DNA from: Ministeria vibrans ATCC 50519
Taxonomy: Eukaryota > Protista > Filasterea
Length of the DNA stretch: 32,748 bases
Assembly: GCA_943704425.1 (NCBI GenBank)
Contig: CALSCP010001284.1
Coordinates: 11,692-44,439, forward strand
Reading direction: 5' to 3'
Position 1 is the first letter of the stretch. Every line of letters starts with the position of its first letter. This document shows, in pieces, positions 25,003 through 32,748 of the stretch. The translations under genes were made by a program, and so were the position numbers. The notes beneath the pieces are model-generated. The model saw nothing but the letters and a program-made list of their open reading frames with translations. It was not told the DNA's origin and did no database searches.

Positions 25003-26373
25003 CTATTGGTTGAGGCGTTGTTCGAGGGCATTGAGCTGCGCGGTGATCTCAGAGGGAAGCTCATCACCAAACTTGGTTGCATAGTACTCCTTGAGCTGGG
25101 CAACTTCGGCGCGCCAGCCGGCCTTGTCGACGGCAAGCAGCTCGTCCATAGGGGGCACCGGGGACAACCCGCTCGTGTTGATGGCACCGGGGACCGGCAT
25201 GCGGCCGATGGGAGTGTCGACGGCAGACGCTTCGCCAGTGCTGCGGTTGAAGACCCACTCGAGCACACGCGAGTTGTCACCAAAGCCAGGCCACAGGAAG
25301 TCGTTCGCGCCACCAGGGCCGTTGCGGAACCTAAATGGCGAAGAAAGGAAGGGGTCAGGAATGGTGGAGAGAGGTAGCAAAAAATCGTACCAGTTGACCG
25401 TGTAGATCTTGGTGTTCTTGCCAACCTTGGGGCCAAAAGAGAGCCAATGCTTGAAGTAGTCGCTCATGTTGTAACCACAGAAGGGGCCCATGGCAAAGGG
25501 GTCGTGCACAATCGGTGGCTTGCCATCGGCTGTCTTGGTCCGTGCCTGAGCGGCAGTCTCCTCCGACGAGATGGCTGTGCCCATGAACACGCCGTGGTCC
25601 CAGTCGAATGCCTGACGAAAAACGTTTTGAGAGGGAGTTAGAGGAGTGAGCTACTATATTTCTAAATGTGGCGTACCTCGTGAACGAGAGGGACAAGCGA
25701 GGGACGACGGCCACCAAAGATGATGGCAGAAATGGGGACGCCCTTGGGGTCGTTGACACGGTCGTCGACGATGGGGCAATTGGCGAGGGGCGTCGTGAAA
25801 CGGCTGTTCGGGTGCGCCGCGGGGGGTTGACTCTTGGCCTTCTCGGGGTCAGTCTCGGGGTTCCAGATGTTGCCATGCCAGTCGATGAGATCCTTGGGCG
25901 GCGTCTTGGTCATGTCCTTCCACCACACATCGCCGTCCTGCGTGCGTGCGACATTGGTGAAGAGGGTGTCTTTCTCAATGTTGGTCATGGCATTGGGGTT
26001 GCTGCGTGTCGAGGTGCCCGGTGCAACGCCAAAGAAGCCGTTCTCGGGGTTGATAGCGTGCAGCTGGCCCGTCTCTTCGTTCACCGTCATCCAGGCAATG
26101 TCGTCTCCCACGCACTCAATCTTCCAGCCCTCCAGACGCGGCACCATCATCGCCAGGTTGGTCTTGCCGCACGCACTCGGGAACGCAGCCGCAATGTACT
26201 TCTTCACTCCCGCAGGGTTTGTGATGCCCAGAATCTATCACAGAAACAGTGGCGGGTCAGAATATGACGTAGCATCCAATCACTTTTTTGATACTTTCTC
26301 TCCATCAATTTGTCTCTCTCTCTCTCTATCACATTCCCTATCACTTTGTGTTTTTTTTTGTTTCTCTATCGCT

Positions 26374-26421
<48 letters not shown>

Positions 26422-27864
26422 GTCAGAAACTTTTTTGTTACTTTCTCTCTATCACTTTGTTACTTTCCCCCTCCTCTCTCTCCCCCGCTCATTGTTCTTA
26501 CAAGCATGTGCTCGGCAAGCCATCCTTGACGCTTGGCGAGGACCGAGGCGATGCGCAGCGCAAAGCACTTCTTGCCCAGCAGCGAGTTGCCGCCGTAGCC
26601 AGAGCCGTACGACCAGATTTCGGGAACAGGCATGTCAGGGAAGTGGCAAATATACTTCTCCTTGTTGCACGGCCAAGCGACGTCCTTCTGGCCAGGCGCA
26701 AGGGGCGCACCGACCGTGTGCAAGCTGGGGATCCACATAGACTTCTCATCCGTACCAATCGCTTCAAGCACATCCGCACCAATGCGCGTCATGATGCGCA
26801 TGTTGGCCACGACAAATGCCGAGTCAGTAATTTGGACACCGTAGCGAGCCAGAGGCGAGCCAACGGGACCCATCGAGTAGGGAATCACATACATGGTGCG
26901 ACCCGTCATGACCGAGTCAAAGAGTCCCCGAAGCTTCGCCATCATCTGCGTCGGCTCCTGGTGCTTGTTGGTCGGGCCCGAGTCGCTCTCCTTCTCTGAG
27001 CAGATGAAGGTGCGGTCCACAACACGCGCCACATCGCCGGGATCAGTGCGTGCCAGGTAGCACCCAGGCCGTTTGGGGACCGTCTCGATGGCGCCTGCCG
27101 CCACAAGACTCGTCAGCAGCGCCTTGTTCTCGGCATCACTTCCATCGCAAACATGCACCTGTGTACAAACAACAGCGGCGGTGAGTGACGCTCATAGTCT
27201 CGAACGAGTCGAAGAGGAGTAAAAAAAGAACGAAAAAAAAAACGTGCAAAAAAAGAGCGCCGATGGTAAAACTGTCTTGTTTCACTTCAAGGGTCAAGGC
27301 AGATCAGCCTATGCTCAACTTCAGGGACAGACAGCAGTGTGCGTTGCATGTCGTATAATATTGAGAAGAATGAATGACAGAGAGAAGATACTTATCCAAA
27401 AAAAAAAAAAAGACGCAGGAAGAGAGGAAACTGAGTGCGCAGAGGATGCTCAGAGGGCCATCACACGCAGCAGCAGGCAGTACCTTCTCAGGCTTGCAGA
27501 GGGTGGCCATCTCGTCGACGAGAGCTCTGATTTTGGGATTGGCCAGCAGAGGGGCCCAGCTTGACATCTTTGCGTTTCCTGCAAAACAACACGAAGCGGG
27601 TGAGCAGGTGCGCATCCGAACGCTTCATGACAATTGTATAGACGTGTTAGGGCTGTTGCCCTGGCGCGTGTGCGGCGACAGGCTCGGAGATGCGTACAAT
27701 TGAAGAATACAAAGTGCAAAAAAAAAAAAAAATACTTTGGCCGTCCTTTTCACGTGCAAGCGATGTTCACACTGCAGTGGGGGTGGCGCAACGCACCGGC
27801 TTACAAAGAACGTCAACACACATCGACGATCACGACAAAGCAGCGCACGAGAGCGGCAGAGAGA

Positions 27865-27912
<48 letters not shown>

Positions 27913-28023
27913 AAATGCAGTTGTAACTTCAGTACCCGATCGCCACACGAGATTTCTGCCCGCGGTGCGCACCACGCTAGGCACGGTTCGTGTTGACTTT
28001 GTTAAGCCAAATACACGCAGCAT
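25003..28023 (-). CDS. PCK: Phosphoenolpyruvate carboxykinase (GTP), with probable mitochondrial presequence exon
   Basis: [118 protein letters not shown]. Core start Met at 27567; an upstream exon from 28023 splices in frame. Confidence 0.95.
26310..26462 (+). repeat. (CT)n plus degenerate TCTATCACTTTG minisatellite units in PEPCK intron
   Basis: Direct: tctctatcac, ccctatcactttg, tctctatcgctttgtttc, tctctatcactttgtt. Confidence 0.75.
27858..27911. repeat. (GA)n microsatellite in PEPCK first intron
   Basis: Direct. Confidence 0.9.
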
Positions 28024-28216
28024 TTCAAGAAGAAAAAAAAAGTGAGAAAAAAAAAATTAAAATAGAAAAAAATATAATAATAAAATATATACGCGAATCA
28101 ATTATTTGGTTCCACAGCTCAAACCGTCTTCAAACTCAACCGAAACTATGTAGATACACTCTGGAGGTACCATGTGATTAATGATTATGTAAATACAGTG
28201 GCCGGTCAGTCTGAAG

Positions 28217-28801
28217 TCAGTCTGCCTTCGAAATGCCACAAAACTGAAACAAACAGTGACATTAGTACGAGACCTTCACTCACTGGTGCGCCTCCGCTGC
28301 GCGCTGGCCCGAAAAGTGAAATTAGAGCCAATTCAGCCAAATGCGATCAATGGATGTAGGAGGGGCGCTTCACTCACTCGCTTGGAACTTGAAAGTTTCA
28401 AATAAATTCTTCTGTACACTATAAATTTTATTTATTCATGTCTTGCCGTTGAAATTTTGTGATTTGGAGCGGACGAGCATACCCGTCGCAAGAACGCTCC
28501 TTGCGTGATCATTGTCAGTCTATTACACAAAGCAAAGTTGTCAAAATAAAAAGGCACACACACACACATATCGTAGTTGTTTGCTACCAATGAGTGCGTC
28601 GGATACGCTTCTTGAAACTGCTTCCGGGTCTCCTTTAAAAGCAGCACATCAGTACATTCTCATTAGTATGATACGTCAGGAAACAGCGACACGACGAACC
28701 TCAAGAGAGCGACTCTCAAATTGGCGGAGTTGACGTCGAAAGCCGTGGTTAGGATTGGCCACCTCACGCCCCGCCTTCACCAGCTGCACACAGGCCACGT
28801 C

Positions 28802-28892
<91 letters not shown>

Positions 28893-28911
28893 TCACACAC
28901 ACACACACTCA

Positions 28912-28962
<51 letters not shown>

Positions 28963-29608
28963 TCACACACCACTGTACACAATACATATCGTATGCCGTA
29001 CCGCAAGCGCGTCGTCCATGCTCAGCGAGGTCGTCGCCATGACGTACGCCGTCGCAATAGTACAACTGCGCGAAATTCCGGCGATGCTAATTGGAAGAAA
29101 GGGAATTTCAACATTGGGTGGAGATTCACTCGTAGGCGTACCAGTGGACGAGGACTGATCCACCGTTGACACGGGCGTCGTGGATGAAGTGGAAGCAGTC
29201 GTGAAAGTGACTTTCGCTACAACAAACCAACGTAGAGTGAGGAAAGGGAAACGGTGAAATAAAAAGGAAAAAAAGAAAAAAAAGAAGGGAGAAGTACTGT
29301 GGGCGGCTCATTCGTACATGTTTGCATCGGGGGTATCGTCAATGACGACATGCTTGCCGGCAATGCCCTACAAACGCACCAATTACGCTAAAGTGGGTTG
29401 AACAGTAATCCTCTCACTTCGTGCGCCGGCGCCTGATCCGGTATCAGGGACAACACATGCGTGATGCCGTGCGTCTTCAGCGACTCCAAGTTCCGCGCAG
29501 CTACGAGCTGAAGTGTTGGGAGCGCAACAGATAATCAAAATGCAAAATCGCACCTTCCACGTTTCCGACGTAGAGGCCCGGCAAGACCTTGCCCATCGAA
29601 GCGCCCAT
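28217..29608 (-). CDS. Atypical dual-specificity phosphatase, DUSP22/DUSP15-like, probably N-myristoylated (3' end uncertain)
   Basis: MGASMGKVLPGLYVGNVE|AARNLESLKTHGITHVLS..IDDTPDAN..HFHDCFHFIHDARVNGGSVLVHC|IAGISRSCTIATAYVM..|REVANPNHGFRRQL. Catalytic HCxxGxSRS is intact. The stop is at 28432, or ~28217 if further small exons are used. Confidence 0.88.
28805..28970. repeat. (CA)n microsatellite in DUSP intron
   Basis: Direct. Confidence 0.95.
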
Positions 29609-29802
29609 GGGTTGGCTAAAGAGCTAAGCACAAGCTATTCTCGTTTTCAGAGTTTAATAATTTTTTTGCGTGATTTGACTTTTGACTTTTGAGATAAGCC
29701 TTGATCGAAAAATCGAAATTGGTACAAGTGTCAAGTAGTGAAGAGTGAAGACTGATCACTGAAGTAGACCACAATTTTCTATCGGCAGACGTTTGGTACG
29801 TC

Positions 29803-31326
29803 ATGGCTGATGAAAACCCTAGTCATGCGTCTGTTCCGATAGAACCAGCGCCGTTAATAGGCTCGAATGAGGTCAGTGTTGGGTTTGAATTCCCTCTTCT
29901 AATGTTGTTTACCTTTTCTCCCTCTGCAGCTCTTCTGCAACGGTCGCGTCCTCAGTGGACCGCGCGAGAAGGGGAAGTACTTCTTTATTGCCCTAGGCTA
30001 CCTTGTGATCGCCAGTGCGCTCATGTTCACCGTTCCGTAAGAGAGAGCTCGATGCAAACGAAGAGGGTTGTCTCTGAAAACACAACTGTAGGATTCCCTA
30101 CCTCTCTGTGCGCGTCTCGCCTGCAATAGGCGTCATTGGTGTCTACCTGTGTGTACTGTCGTTTGTGTCATTTGTCGTGACGAGCTTCTCAGACCCAGGG
30201 ATCATTCCAAGAGGTACTTTGTGTGGCGTTGGCTGTGACACTTTCTCAGTATGTGTGTAGAAACCGCCAAGGCGCCTCCAAACACTGTGAATGTCACTCT
30301 GTACAAGGAAGTGATTGTACGCGATGCGGTGCTTCAGCTCAAGTGGTGCGAGACATGTCGCTTTCACCGTCCTCCGCGAGCGACCCACTGCAGTCGCTGT
30401 AACAACTGTGTTGAGGTTTGCTACATACAATATGGGGGTGATGCTCTGCTCATGAATGAATCGTCTTTTAGCAATTCGACCATCATTGCCAATGGACACG
30501 TAACTGCATTGGACGCCACAACTACAAGTACGCAATCTCTCTTTGTTCGCTCATTCTTACCTTTTGCATCGGTTCAGATATTACTTTGCAATGCTGTTCT
30601 GGTGCACCATACTGTCGCTCTACGCTCTGGGCGTTGCCGTGGCGCACATCGTGCTAGTCAACAGTTCTACGCCCGCTCCCCCACATACTCCTTTCCCCTC
30701 CGAGCGCTTCGTTGGCGTCTCCGCCTGTCTCATTGCCTTTGCCATTGGCGGCACCATTGGCGTTGGCAGCCTTTTCATCTACCACTGCAAACTCGTCTGG
30801 GCCGGTCTCAGCACCAATGAAAAGGTAAGCCATTATGCAGCCTAAACCTATCTTTATCTATTATAATTTTGTCGCAGTTGAGTCGACGGTACATTCGCGT
30901 GCCTCGCCAACCCTTCGACAATGGTCCTCGACGCAACATCACCACATCCCTCTGCGGCGTTCGCCCTCAAAGGTCCTTCCAACTCCCCACAAACAGTTTT
31001 GACCACTCATATTCACACACATGTATATATTCTATCATTTTGTTCTTTATTGTTTGTTTTGGTTTGGTTTGGTTTGGTTTGTTTTATTTTTCTTCCTCAG
31101 CTTTGTCATTGCGGCTGGTCGAACGGGCCGTGAGGTTCGTTGGGATCCCATCTATCCAGTCGATCCCGTGTGTCTTTGGCCCCCTCCTTTCCCTTCTCCG
31201 CCAGTGCCTGCCACCGAGTCGATTCCACTCAAACCTCTTCGTCAAAAGTCTGTTCTCACTCCCGCCATTCCTCTCTCACCACCACCCGTGCGTGCCTCCA
31301 ATCCACAGGCCAGTGAGACCACCTGA
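29803..31326 (+). CDS. DHHC palmitoyltransferase (ZDHHC9/14/18 / Erf2-like)
   Basis: About 8 exons. N.LFCNGRV.SG, SFSDPGIIPR, KWCETCRFHRPPRATHCSRCNNCVE|QFDHHCQWTRNCIGRHNYK, GLSTNEK, PFDNG..RN, then a Pro-rich tail ending ASETT*. Confidence 0.92.
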
Positions 31327-31459
31327 AACTTTGTGCGGGGACATTCAAAGAAAGCACGTCGACATTTTCGGAACTGCCGTTGATTCAACTTAGTGTACAA
31401 TTAAAACCGAAATTTAAAAATCCATAATTTTGTTAAGAATCAAAGCTCATTGACTCACT

Positions 31460-32665
31460 ATGAACACGACAGGTGTTCTTGTGTACTATGCGATGCCGCG
31501 GATCGTCTTTGAGACGCTAGAAGGGCAGGGATTTGCCTTCCTGCAGGGCTTCACCGTTCTCTTTGTCGCGCTTCTCGCTCTCTCGCTCGACGCCGTCTTC
31601 TGGGAGTGCCGCGAGAAGGAGGCCGACGAAAGCATGGAGGTAGCTTGCCTAAGGCCGTTCATGCGGAACCTAATGCGTCACTAAGAATTAGTCATAATTT
31701 TTAACGACGGTTTTTTCTTTTCTTTTTTTTTTCTTCTGTTTTTCTCCTCCCACTGCAAAGCGTGCGCGCCATCACACGCTCCACACCCTCGGCTTGTTCT
31801 TCTCAAACTTCTTCACGGTCCCTGCCGTGAGAGATGCCTGGTCGTGCATCCGTTCTGTCGGTACGGGTCGTGCAAACAACAACACGCAAATACGTTAGAC
31901 ATAATTGCGTTTTCCCCTTGTTTCGTCTTGACAGACGGCAACGCCTGCTCGACGTTCATCGAGACGGCAGATGCCTCCAGTGACGTGTGGTGCGTTGTGA
32001 TGGGGATGAATCTGTACGCGATGCTCGCCTACCGGCACACCCGCTCGCAGGCCTTCATGCTGCAGACGCTCGTCTTTGTGCTTGTGTACTACACGTCGAT
32101 GCAGGGCGGCAATGCCATGATCGCACCCTCCATTGTCTGGCTCTTTATGGTCTCCGTCATTCCGACCATCATGATCATTATTGTGGGCTTTCTGCGAGCG
32201 CTGCGCTTTGATCGCCTAAGCGCCTGGATCTTGGTGGGTAAGGTGCACGACGATGTCAGGGAGACCAAGTACATGAACGCCATCAATGCCTTTGGCGTTG
32301 GCATGACAATCATTGTGTTCTTCATCATGGCTGATGTGAACGTGGGCACGTCCCACTCGGTGTCGGTGAGCACGTCACTGCCCCAGTTTCTCTCGATGGT
32401 GCTCATGATGATCGCCGTCTACTTTGGCACGCGCTTCCCCACCGACATCCACCGTCACAAGATCAGCGAAAAGGTCCCAGATTGGGGAGTGCGCTGGGTC
32501 CCACTGCAACACTACGGTACTCTCATGCGCGACCCTGTCTTCAACTCACTGCGGCACGACTCCCGCATGAGCTCCCTCAACGTCCAGCGGGCCCAATACA
32601 TGAACTGGTGCTGGAGCATTGTTGCTCCCGATCTTCTCTGTGTTCAACCCGAAACTGCCTACCAG
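31460..32665 (+). CDS. Uncharacterised multipass membrane protein (runs off window end)
   Basis: Exons ~31460-31639, 31761-31860, 31934-32665 give an open frame with 6-8 hydrophobic segments (e.g. AMIAPSIVWLFMVSVIPTIMIIIVGFL). A splice donor follows at 32666 and no stop is reached. Confidence 0.7.
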
Positions 32666-32748
32666 GTATGCGCGTTTTTCTTCTTCACATATTCACTCTC
32701 CGATACCACGCACCACGCACCACACACACATACACACACACAAAAAAA

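Overview
Gene-dense eukaryotic nuclear DNA using the standard genetic code, with mostly short GT-AG introns (about 45-100 nt) and intergenic gaps mostly of 50-200 bp. It most resembles a flagellated unicellular opisthokont or holozoan-like protist; this is inferred from gene content only. I can support 15 protein genes. In order: annexin 3' end, DZANK1-like, PhyH-type 2OG-Fe(II) dioxygenase, CENP-K, mitochondrial bL35, Byr4/Bfa1-like, ELMO-domain protein, a single-pass protein with at least 23 EGF repeats, RPF1, a D/D + 2x cNMP-binding PKA-R-like protein, REXO4, GTP-PEPCK, a DUSP22/15-like phosphatase, a DHHC palmitoyltransferase, and a truncated multipass membrane protein. Non-coding features are a 336-bp Mutator/foldback-type MITE, a dispersed intron-resident minisatellite family and many microsatellites. 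There are two assembly gaps. The most notable items are the Notch/Delta-like EGF membrane protein with a recent 120-bp repeat expansion, a Byr4/Bfa1 homolog with a possible N-terminal membrane anchor, an atypical PKA-R-like cNMP sensor, DZANK1 lacking zinc ribbons, and the homologous intronic repeat family. All family calls come from motif recognition by eye, and exon boundaries are manual predictions.
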